From Ylistrum balloti (lineage: Eukaryota): a stretch of 64,000 nt of DNA. The DNA is taken from the NCBI RefSeq assembly GCF_031769215.1, contig NW_026782328.1:1116001-1180000 (forward strand), written 5' to 3'. The notes under the pieces were generated by a model. That model ran no database searches, was not told where the DNA came from, and saw nothing but the letters and a program-made list of their open reading frames with translations. This document shows positions 50,901 through 62,885 of the stretch, one piece after another. Both the position numbers and the translations under genes were made by a program. Numbering within the stretch: the stretch's first letter is position 1; the number at the start of each line of letters is the position of its first letter.

Positions 50901-53762
50901 TCAACACTAGCTTACTAATATTATTTGTATCTCGCTATACACATCAGAAATATATTGAACAATTAAGATAACCAATATCAATCTCAGCCTTCAACGTCAC
51001 AAAACACGAGCGCCAATATTATGTATTATCATTGTCGCAAAGTGCCATTCGATGCTAAATAGAATAACACGTGATCAGATGTCGACCCAACAGCATCTGG
51101 TTCTAAACTGAAAATGTAATAAAATGCAAAATCAACGTATAATTTTTACATACATTTCTATTAAATTATTGTAATTCACTAAAAAAATATGAACAACTTT
51201 TACTATTGGTTTTATGTTCAATGCGACATACTCTTTATCATAAAAAACAACTTTATTTAAAATTGCAATAACTGTATCTGAGGGATATGTCTCAGCTTTT
51301 TTGAATACCCAAAATTCTTTGTAACTTTCGCAGCATGCTTTGTGTCTAGTTTTTTTTTTTTTTCATTTAAAATGATTGATACCTTGATGATATGCAAACA
51401 AATAACAAAAGCAAAAAAATGTCAAAATCTTAATTTTCAATTTGAGTTGATAGTCTCAAGTCTCCAGAGCAATCAAATATTGTAATTTTAAAACAAAATG
51501 CTTAAATCGTTTATTTGACGATGTTCTGAAATTTACTCTTTTTCAAGACTTTATGCTTTGATAGAAAAAAAATGCTTGGGAACAGTTTTCAAATGGGTTG
51601 CTGTGGTTAGTTGTTCTGTAATTGTGCTATTAACTATAGTGCCTGTTATACAATCTTGAATCGCATTATATATATATACTGAGTCACCATAGCAATACAT
51701 ATCATAGAAATTATAAAAATATGTGTCAGTCCGGTTTAATGGTATCTGGTAGACGTGTCAAAGATAGTGTTTATGATTAATAACAATATTTCTACCAACA
51801 CTTTGTTGGCATATGTTGTTCTAGTCGAAATGTACATTATTGATTAAAATCTATAGAGCTTCGAAAAAGTGTCGAACACTACATCTAGAGATAATATTTT
51901 GTTTTATTGCTACAGATATTAGAATACAGACATTGGATTGGTCAGTGATATAATGCTAATTTCTATGATGAACGTGTTTAAATTCTACATACATTGAATC
52001 AGCGAAATACTGAAACAGATGCCACTAAAATAGCCACTCATTTTTTCCATTATTGGACTGAATTGATAGAAAAGCCAATGTCGAAGGTAAGACCTTATTC
52101 TTATTGATAACCGTGAAAGGACCTACTATATCTTAAATGAATTCCAATATCTAGTTAGCTTATGTGTTCTATTGAATAGAGTTTTTTATCTGTCACCAAT
52201 CTGACGCATTACCTCGTCAAATCAAAGTATTATAACACTGATGTTTAACACATACGTTTGAAATAAGTAAACGTTTGTTCAGCAAATACAGGAATATCAG
52301 CTCTCTTTGCATCTACTCAACCTTCATTTCATTATCTACCGAACTCAGTGGAAGTGTTCATATATTTTAAATAAAGTGACGTACAGTTCACGTAAAAGGA
52401 AAACACTGGTTGGACATTTAAAAAAAAAATGCTCATAAACTATATCATGAATTGAAAGGATACCTGTATCTTTTAAAAACTTATTATAATTACTCTTAGA
52501 ACTATTGATAGCATCAAACTATTTCTCCTTTGGTCAGTTTGGACAAGCGAATTTGGTGGGAATATTCTCACCAAACCGTCTAAATACAGCAAATCAGGAA
52601 ATCCAGAATTACAATTGTATTACTTCATTACACTTATTTTCTGATGTTTCATAATTTACACAAAAATATAGTTTTGTTTTGCTACATCATTGCAAACCTG
52701 TTACGACGCAATCAGGACCGTGTGAGCGTTTGTAAATCAATCTAGCAAGATCTATAATGAATTTCCGCAAATTACATACCGTATGTTTATTTAGATAATG
52801 AACTGAGATGGAAGTAGATGATTTTGTACAGTTTTCTTCAAAAGCATCCTATCCATGTCTAACTTGTGCGGAATATTCCTTTAACTTGGTAAAAACATCA
52901 ACATAACTTTGCTAGATATATCTTGTCTATTGATGTCTATAAATGGTTACAAGATGTGTCCCTTTACAACAATCAGCAATGAACGAATATTGCGTTCGGA
53001 GCAACAAAGACGGATACCTTCTCCATAATGTATTGAGTTATGTATCGTAAAGTACAAATAAGGATTTCGAAATATTATACATAAGTCATGAAGTGATTAG
53101 CATAATCAAAATAAATCATACGAAAAGAGACTACATCTGCATTTCAATAGTAACGAAGTCAAATTAGGTTGTATATTAAGCTGTTTTATATGTAATTAAT
53201 GACATATGAAATGTATATTGAAAACTGATACGTGACTGTAATGTGATAACAGATTCATGAACTGTGTACTGTTTAGATAAACTGTATACTGTTATAATAG
53301 ATAATATGTTTCAAAACTATATTCCTGCGGATATTGTGATAATAGTATTTACCATAAATCGTAATTTGATTGCAGGGATGTTGCGTACCGACAAATTCAA
53401 AACTCTCTGATGTTATCATAAAATGTGTGAGCTGAGAAGGAAAAAAATAGTAATTTTCACCGCTTCAAGAAAATGAATTTATCTTCTACCTTACTTTTAC
53501 TTTGTGAATTTAAAAATGTGTATATTTAAACCAAAATCACTGTTGATGAAGTACCTTTAATAAAAATAAATTGGGAATGAACTGATATCAATCGCTATAT
53601 TTGGCGATATCGCATACTTGCATTGTTACATTAATTTCGTAAATCATACTAAAAATCGCAATTGCCGTGAGCTTGTCTGAGTTCAATGCCGAGTCAGCGA
53701 AGACGTTAAATTTAATGGTCGCAAACATAAACCGGCTTACACTTTTCATTTGGAGATATTTA

Positions 53763-53924
53763 CAGTCGTACCTCGGTATCTTGAATTCGGTGGGACCGTG
53801 AGAAATCTTCGATTTTCGATTTCAGTTCGAGTATTTAGTGTGAAGTTTGGCAGGGGCCGACGAAACAAATTAAATCATACACAGTCTTCGAGTTTAAAGA
53901 GTTCATGTTAAAGACGTTCAACTG
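53763..53924. mobile_element. Tc1/pogo-type MITE (162 bp) with TA target-site duplication
   Basis: TA|CAGTCGTACCTCGGTATCTTGAATTC ... GAGTTCATGTTAAAGACGTTCAACTG|TA: imperfect TIRs beginning CAGT, no coding capacity. Confidence 0.65.
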
Positions 53925-54061
53925 TATTTCAATTCTCAATCATTAAAAATCAATTCAGTTGAATAATCAAAACGTTTTGGTTTCTTCATTAGCATAATGG
54001 TTTTTTGAATGGTTCGGCAAAGTAATTCCAAAGCATTGCTTTATTAACCATTTTTTAGATA

Positions 54062-57000
54062 ATGGAAGACAGTGATATCCAAATAGTTGATGTCAGAGGT
54101 TCTCATACAGACTACATCAAACAGCAGGTGAACCAACAAACAAAACTGGTAAGACGATCATAGAATTTATCAGCATTTCAAACCGTAGCTGAGTTGGCTG
54201 ATAACAGAAGAACTTTCCTATAAATGTTTCTGGCGGGAACAAATGTCGTTTAATAATGGAGAAGATTTGATTTCCCATCAAGTTAAGTACAGTGTATTTC
54301 ATATAAAGATAAGGGAACATGTTTGCATATTTGTTTACTTTATACTATATGTTACTGCTTGACATACATAGATATCGAAAAAAGACAGTAAAATGCTTAA
54401 AGTTATTCCTGTTAGTTGGATAGGTTTCATTCACCTTATTGCTTAGCTGTGAACTGAATATACAAATTCCTATCGTGATACATATACCGATCATGTCATC
54501 GCATCCCAAAAACATAATCAAATAACATACTTTTATCTGATATTTTCTAACATTCAAACATTGACGTCGCTTCGACAAGCTGGCTTCTTTGTACATTGTC
54601 ATGAAATTACAATTAGGCCAATATTTTTACTGTCACATCTTTTTTCATCGTAATGAAAAATCTGTATATAATATCAAATTTCATTCCGTGCATTAGTGTA
54701 GTGTTTCAATCATTTGTATTAAAAATTAGGTTACCGTGACTGAAGATAATCGTTTGTTTTACTCATTTTCTTATTTCCCTGGAATTACTTTTAGTTTTCA
54801 AATTGAGTTAAACTTCATCATTTGGTATAAATGTGTGTTAGGACCTTTAGGTATACCATTAAAAGTCATGGAATATTTAACGGCATCCCTTTTTCTTCTC
54901 TTTTATACACATCGACGTACTTTACATTACAAATATAGAGACTCTTTTCTTCATTCGGCTGTAAATCTTTGGAATTCCCTACCTGTGCATGTTAAAGAAA
55001 ACTTTATACTTTATACTCTGAAGAATTACTTAAATGGCCTTAATTCCAATATTCCAGGATATTTCTATGTTGGTTCTAGACGAGGACAAATTTATCATTC
55101 CAGATTACGAATGCAATGTAGTTCACGTAAGGGTCATATTTTCAGTAAAAATCTAGTGGATAGTCCTATATGTGATTGTGGTATGGGAAACGAAACAACC
55201 GAACATTTCTTTTTATCTTGTTCTAATCATAACAGATGTAGACATCTTTTTCTTTCTCATCTTCTTCCCATTGAATCTGTAGACGTCCTTCTTTTTGGCG
55301 ATACATTTATATCATTTGCAGAAAATGAAGCTATATTTGTTAGTGTCCACACTTTCATATTAAAGACTAAACGATTTGAGCATTAGGAAGAGTTACTGCC
55401 AACACTACTGTACTCCTTCCATATACGCGAAACTTTTTACTTTCATGAGTTTTTGTATATCTGTATTAACTAAAAGTACAGCAGTTTGTAGTACTACATG
55501 TATAATTAACAATTTATTAAGATACCCATATGTTACTCTGGATGAACTTGCATTCCTTATCATATTGTATTTGTCGATCTTACATAATGTATACATACTA
55601 TACTACTCATTCTATCCACTTTCCTTACTTCATTTCCCTCTCCTAAACTCTTTTCACTTTCCCTTTCCCAAATTCGATCAGTCGCTGCCTGCTTGTTACT
55701 TCTAAGGAGACAGATTAACATAAGTTTATAACTTCTTTCTGAATCCTTTTTGTATAACATCCTTTGAATGAAATGCCATTGCCAAAATAAAATAAAGTTT
55801 AAAACAAATATAGAGACAATTAGTTTTGTCTAGTATGACTTCATTGGCACAGGGAGTAGATGACCCACTAGCTATCTATGATATTGACGAGGTGGTGGAG
55901 AGGTACAGAAAATGGTACAAGCTGCTTCCAAGGGTGGAACTATTCTACGGTAATGTTATTTTCAATTAACTTGTAAACAACGTTTTCGGTTCAAATATCG
56001 CTTAACTATTTCCATTTTCGTAATAGCTACACTTACATTGGAATAAAAATAATATTTATCTCCTACATTTTAACAATATATATTAAAATTGCAATAAACG
56101 AGAAACGACATTTAACAAAATTGAAGACATTGACAATATAATTAGAAGAGGCATCTCCTCAAATCAAAACTTTCAACTCTTTTTTTTCAATAGCTCTGAA
56201 GTGCAACAATGATAAGAACATCGTGGATATCTTAGTAACACTGGGAAGCAGTTTTGACTGTGCCAGCAAGGTATTGCTTTTTATTCCGATCATAACTGAT
56301 GACCACAGAACATCTTATTAAATCATGATCTACTTGAAAGCACTGTATAACAGTAAATTTTCCTTGTCGATCTTATTGTTTACTTTGAAAGAAACAAGTT
56401 ATACCACAGCATATACAAACAGACAGGGCTTGCAATGAACGAAGTCACAATATCTTTTTATTCGTCCTTTTGATTCCCTTGTACAAAATGTTTTAGAGAT
56501 ACGTTTAACAAAAACCCATAGGACCTTAGAATTTAAATGCTTTATATCATGTGATATATTTGTCTGACTTATTCTGGCATCAAAAACACGTAACACAAGT
56601 ATTTTAACCAATGGAAATCATCGATATTTACACGTCATTGAAACTGAAACGAAAAAGACATGAAAACTAGATAAGATGTGAACATATTTCTATAACCATT
56701 TGATCCAAGTTGGTGGGGCCTCCCTAAAGATTATTTTAGAGATATACAAGTGAAAAGCACTTTTTAAATATAACTTGTATATACAGAATAAGTATGTACA
56801 ACTGACTGATCTTTCTAGGACTCGTTAGTGATTTTATTTTATTTATTTATTATTATTTTTTTTGTTTTTTGTATTCTGAAAGGCGACTTGAGAAAAATCC
56901 AAATCGGTCGAAGTAAGTGTCAAAAAACTAGGTGAGGTTATCACTAGCTCAAAGGTTATAAACATTTTGTTCGTTTCCAGGGCGAGATTCAACAGATACT

Positions 57001-60000
57001 TGAATTAGGAGTTGATCCCTCTCGTATCATCTATGCCAATCCAATTAAACAAAACACACATCTTACCTATGCCAAACAGCACAATGTTGACCTGATGACC
57101 TTTGACAGTGAAGAGGAATTGATCAAGATCAAGTTATTACATGGATCCGCAAGGCAAGTTGTTGCATAAATTATTTTGGTAACAGCTCAAGAACAGATCT
57201 TCACTGCACTACACCTTGACTAAATAAATATGTTTCCGGTTGCGGAGAAGGAGTTTTCGGAATTTCAGTGTTGTATAATTGGCATAATAGTATGGAAGTA
57301 TTATATCATATGACAGGTTTGCATGAAAGAAATACACTGTTTCGACGTTGTTTGAAAGTATTACACAATGTTACGGGTTTGTACGAAAATGTCATACTTT
57401 GTCACTTTGGTACGGGTTGGTATTGAAGTATTGCTCTATATTACGGAATTGTATGAACATATTGCACTATACATGTGTTACGGGTCAGTATAAAAGGAAG
57501 GCGTCAGTGCGTACGGCTAACTAAACGACATTATCATGTGTATGGTTACTGATGAAGACAAAACTCGGAAAGGTGAAGTAAAATTTAATGTGAAATTATT
57601 AACTATGTTACGTATTTGTATAAAGAATGAACACTTTATTACAGGTTTGTGCGAAAGTATTTCACTGTGCTCCGGATTTGTATAAAGTATCACACTATAT
57701 TACAGATTGCTGTTACGATTTCGACCAACACAAAAATATGAAGCGCATTATGATTTGGGACAGAAATTCGGTTGCAATTTCAATGAAGCAAGGGACTTAC
57801 TCATATCTGCAAAAGAAATAGGCTTAGAAATCATTGGTGTGAGGTAAGTGTTTAAATGAAAAGTGAATAAAATAGGAGATTAATATGATAAATACTTTTC
57901 AGTGTCATGTTTTACGGCATTTTATGGTTTTTAGTAATTTAAAACATGGTTTATGAACCAAAATTGATGTATACAGGTCTCACCATCTTTTATCAAATTA
58001 AAGACATACTCCCGGCAAATACAATAAGTTTCGTAATGATCTAACCATCCAAGTGTACGGCTTTAACATGATAACTTTCGGAGATTAGGATGTTATCTAG
58101 CCATGCAACTAGCTGTAACCAGTTCTAGGTTAATCGCCTAGCCTTTCTTACGGACCAATTCTAAGCCATACTTCTACATACCTATACTATGCGTTATAAC
58201 CACGTGATATGTTAAAGACTATGACTTGATAAACTGGCTTCGCCACTTTCATTAAGGACAGTTAGCTGTACTGTCGTACCCACCATTCTCTCCCATTCAA
58301 GCCACTTTAACATTTGTTCTTGGTATTCTCAATCGGGGCCTTATCACTTCGGTGTAACTTAGGTCCTGCCCACAATTCTTCACAGGAGGAACTGCACCAC
58401 ATTTATATGTAAGGCTGCTTCCTGGAACCTCGTAAACCCGTTACTCAACCTGAACTAGAATCTACCTGGGCACAGCTCTGTTCTGCCATAGACCCACCGG
58501 AATTACGACATACGTCATGGCCGGCATAGGTCATGTGCAGTGAATGAGAGCTAGTACCCTTGTTGTGGCCAAGGTTATATAATTAAATCCTTTAAATCTA
58601 ACTCCTTTGCTTGTTGTTTCATATACCGGGATAAAATATCCCATATCTTTACTGCTTTACCTGGAGGCGTAAGTAGTCCAATTTTCATATAATTCCATGT
58701 TTTAGTTTCCATGTTGGAAGTGACTGTCTCAGTACAGAAGCTTTTTCATCGTCGATCAAGGAAGCAAGGAAAATATTTGATATAGGACTACAGGTCGGCT
58801 GTGCCATGAAGATCCTCGACATTGGAGGAGGATACCGGGGAAGAGATGTTGAAAGCCCGACTATTGAAGAGGTACGGAAGAAAGGTTTACTGTTTAATAG
58901 TTAAGTATAATGTACAAATCAACATAACATCAATTGCATGTATCAATATAGACAGTAATGAATTGGTACAATGTCTCTACTGATTTAAACAGGATGTCAT
59001 TTGTTTTACATCGGGTTCATAATATACAGATACAGCTCACTATACAACATGAAAATAACTGGCCTGGAAGAATCGTTATACAAACTGTAAGGATGAAACA
59101 TCTGAATGATGAGGTTAGGTACATATGAAATGCGTCTTTTGCACAGTCCTTGGTAACCTGTGATGGTATATGATAACATTTAGCTTTGCGGAGTACTGAG
59201 GCTCGCATACATCACTTATTTACTCTTCAATAAAGGTGGAAACATGTTAAGGTTAAACACGTGTTTTCTGATAGCTAAAACTACAGAATTTTTGTAACCA
59301 TATTATACTCACGTCCTCCCATTTCGCCATATTATTGTCACGTTTCTTTCTTGATTTTTGGCCTTTGCCATCACTGCTAAAATTCCGATTTCAGTATTTT
59401 TAGGCGTCAAATGTTGGGAAATGTATTGCGAAGCTTATATCTATTTAGAATAAATCAATTTTCATGCTATGAATAGAATTTAAATTGACTAACGCGGAAC
59501 TACTATTTACAAACAAACATATATCGTCTAGTAATACGTTAAGGGTTTCTTTATCTATGATTATTCAGTTGTAAGAAAACTGGCATTCGTCAGTAGGCCT
59601 ATTTGTAAACTACATGTTAACCATAGAGTTATTATTGGAAGAATTGGGTAACGGTGAGAAATTTCAAAGTATACATACAAAGCATCTTCATGTTTCTTTC
59701 GTCATACTGACGAGTATTTTGTCATTGTGCAGCACGGTGTACAATGGCATTCTACGTTTAGATTATATTTCATTTGTCATAAAGAATGCAGACATCATTA
59801 ACCAGTGTCTGGAGGAGTATTTCCCGGAAACAGAGGGGGTGAAAATTATCGCTGAGCCAGGACGCTACCTTGTGACATCTGCTGCTAGTATTGCAGCACA
59901 TATTATAGGGCGAAAGCTTGTTTATAACAAAGGTAAGTGAAATAAATGCGGCGTGTTTCGTTGATAAATGCCCGCCGCGATAGTTCACATTTGAGAGAAA

Positions 60001-62885
60001 TTCAATAGTTAGTTTGTGCACGATCTATGCGTCTAACCATTCGTGACAAACAGGTCATGTTTCCTAATTTGATATATAAGTATAGTTTGTATATATGTAT
60101 AGATAAAGGTTCAATGATCACTTTCACCACTTTTGATTTTAACAAAGACTGAAAATTCTGGATTCCGAGACCCCGACTTCGGAAATGTAACATTACTTAG
60201 ATTGATCATGATTAATATGGCAAGTGTTGTCGATGAAGCAGAAGACGCTTACCCCTCCAGAACACCTGGTCTACTTCTCTTTGTGCTTTTTAGGTGTCCC
60301 TTTGCAAATATTTCTTTACTTCATATTCTGCCCTAGTTTTATTCAATTTGAGTGTGGATTATGATTATNNNNNNNNNNNNNNNNNNNNNNNNNNNNNNNN
60401 NNNNNNNNNNNNNNNNNNNNNNNNNNNNNNNNNNNNNNNNNNNNNNNNNNNNNNNNNNNNNNNNNNNNNNNNNNNNNNNNNNNNNNNNNNNNNNNNNNNA
60501 TTGTAAAGATGATTTGTAACCATGTGATGGTGATGCACACTTGTTCCATCGAAAGGCGATTGCCTAAAACAACATAGACTGAAAACTATGTATAAAGTGT
60601 GCATTCAGTTTGATAATATTGTGTACTTAATGAATGACAAATCCTCTTATGATCGTGTATGATGTAAATATTAAGGAAATACTGGCCTGTCAAAAGAGTT
60701 AAAACTCAAATCGATAAAACTGGAGTAAAATAAATCACAAAAACAATACTTTGTACTTTTTGATACGTTACAAATGGCGGAACACAGTATAAATCACAAA
60801 TGCCGAAACAAAAAAACCAATCCTCCAAAATAAAGTTTAGTGAAAGGTTGGATTAGCCAATATGTAATGGAAATATCAAAATTTTGAATCAAACTATCAA
60901 AGATTTTCCACGAGTGTCAATATGCATGTAATTTCAGATAGAACTAATATTGAGCACGTTATGTACTACATCAATGAAGGAAAGTATGGATCGTTTTGTC
61001 GGTTAGTTGCAATCAATGATGAATTTGAAATGTCACCGGTTACTCAACAGGTATGTATCTAAGGATTCTTATATATACCTTAAACATTTATTTCTAAGAA
61101 TCCATTTCTAGTAAATGTTGTTCTGTGCACTTAGTAAAAGCTAAAACATTAGAAGCGATGGATACATACTTCCACATATCGGTTTTGTGAGTTACCATAT
61201 ACCTGTATCCAGAAAATGAATGACTAGTCTCGGTGTAAGACAATGTTATCATTTCTTTCTTTACTTAATTAGAGTTAAAGATATCAATTATGCAACATTC
61301 CTTCGTATTAAGTTTTAAAAAAAAGAAAAGCCAGAAAAACACACAAATATTAGTTATATTATAATCATTATTTATTGTCTTTGTATATATGCATCTTTCA
61401 ATTACAACCTTAAGCAGTTCATCAGGGGATAGATTACTTTTGCACAATGTATATTTGTGAGTTACTTCTGGTGCAAAAAAAAATGTATAATACAATGAAG
61501 CGGTTTGGTATGATAAAAAAAAATAGACAATGTATCGGTATTCACCATAATAATAGTCAAATATTTATCATGATGAGAAATAGTGCGTTTGTCATGTTTG
61601 GCCTGTTGAAAAGTACTTAGCCATTTCTGTATTTAGTATATATATATATGTATATGGACACTTTTTTAAGTGTTACATGTTGACTGTAATTGCAACTGTT
61701 AACTGTTGGGGGGGGGGGGGATAATTATGAATGTTTTCCCTTATTAAAAGTATCACATTGCTTGCTTCATATATTTAGAATGAAAAAGTAACTGCTTTTT
61801 TATACACTGTTACAATTTATTTTCAAAATTACACTCGCCTACGCCAGTTATCTGCTATTTTGTTAGTCACCACTGTCACTCACCCTCGTGTTGTACAAAG
61901 AGGTCCATTACAAATAGATGCAATAATGACTAATAATTTCTGCAGTTTTTTTAACTATCTACATACGAGAAAAAAATAAGAATACAAATAGGGGCCCCAC
62001 CATTAGGCCCATGGTATTGCTGACGAGACCTAGATGGACGTCGCAGCTATATGATATCATTTAAGACATTTTGACTCTACTTACCTAATTCAAAGTTTGT
62101 ATGAAAAGGTGCATTTGTTCAACCTCTAAAACTAAAACAATCAATGATTTATTTCTACTGTTTCAAACAATATTCCATCAGAATGAAAAAAAGTAAAAAG
62201 GAAAGATGTTTGAACTTGCTGCGACCATTGTGTGGTGATAATGGGATACGTGGCATTGAGTGACCACTACTTAGTATCTTGTACTTGTTGCAACCCTTGT
62301 GTGGTGATAACGTGATACATGGCATTTAGTGACCTCTACTTAGTATCTTGTACTTGTTGCAACCCTTGTGTGGTGATAACGTGATACGTGGCATTGAGTG
62401 ACCACTACTTAGTATCAACTTTCACTTTCCTTTCTGATGATATTGCTGTAGAGGTTATGTTCTATTTTTCAAATAGAAAGAAATGCAAAACAAAAATGCT
62501 CACAAGGTCGTAATTGGAATCCCAAATCAAACATATCAAGGGAAAATATGGACGAGAGAAATGCGTGGAAAACAATACAAAGAATAAAGATTAACAACGG
62601 AGTACATAACAGTTAACGTTCACTGTAGGATTTCAACTACAAAAGTAGCATTCTTAGGGATATGTTTTTCTCACTCTAGGATGACACAAGAAGATATAAC
62701 AGTACCGTTTGGGGTCCAACTTGTGCTGGGTCGGATTGTCTAACGTCTGAGATATCTTTACCACTGATGGAGGTCGGAGAATGCCTGCAAATACCTTACA
62801 CCGGAGCTTATACATTCAGTCGCTCAACTAACTTTAATAGCATGCCACGACCAAAATTCTTTTACTTCTGCTCACGTGACATTTG
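54062..62885 (+). CDS. Ornithine decarboxylase-like fold-III PLP decarboxylase (at least 401 aa; final exon unresolved; substrate probably not ornithine)
   Basis: Exons 54059/54062-54148, 55853-55949, 56194-56270, 56981-57153, 57706-57843, 58706-58871, 59785-59932, 60938-61050, 62680-62885; all phases consistent. Motifs FYALKCN (PLP Lys), FDCASK, IYANP, TFDSEEEL, KFG, SFHVGS, LDIGGG, AEPGRY, YGSF, WGPTC, GAYT. A possible upstream exon ends at 52086 (ATG TCG AAG|GT, in frame). Confidence 0.92.
54920..55800 (+). mobile_element. CR1/L2-like LINE 3' end in decarboxylase intron
   Basis: ORF 54736-55386: SFLHSAVNLWNSLP, HSRLRMQCS, SPICDCGMGNETTEHFFLSC (C-x-C..H..C knuckle), LLFGD, KTKRF. Followed by a 3' UTR ending in AATAAAATAAAGTTTAAAAC. 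Confidence 0.85.
60215..60368 (+). mobile_element. Isolated PLE 3' tail abutting the assembly gap
   Basis: GCAGAAGACGCTTACCCCTCCAGAACACCTGGTCTACTTCTC..CCTAGTTTTATTCAATTTGAG matches the tails at 697-850 (-) and 29830-29975 (+). Confidence 0.6.
60369..60499. other. Assembly gap (131 N)
   Basis: Run of N inside the intron between decarboxylase exons 59785-59932 and 60938-61050. Confidence 1.
62228..62416. repeat. 69-bp minisatellite, about 2.7 copies
   Basis: TTGTGTGGTGATAA..GGCATTGAGTGACCACTACTTAGTATC.. starts at 62228, 62297 and 62366. Confidence 0.92.

Noticed and set aside
57549-57580. Second hammerhead candidate (CTGATGAAGACAAAACTCGGAAAG)
   Set aside because: Stem II register is wrong and no stem I or III partners were found.
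58000-58620. GC-richer intronic segment as an extra gene or exon
   Set aside because: Stops occur in the frames examined and there is only a faint H/C knuckle-like pattern; most likely an old LINE fragment, too weak to annotate.
60294-60604. ORFs spanning the N run
   Set aside because: Artefacts of the assembly gap.
62228-62416. CRISPR-like array (also 40670-40824)
   Set aside because: Units are contiguous with no unique spacers, there are no cas genes, and the context is eukaryotic and intronic.
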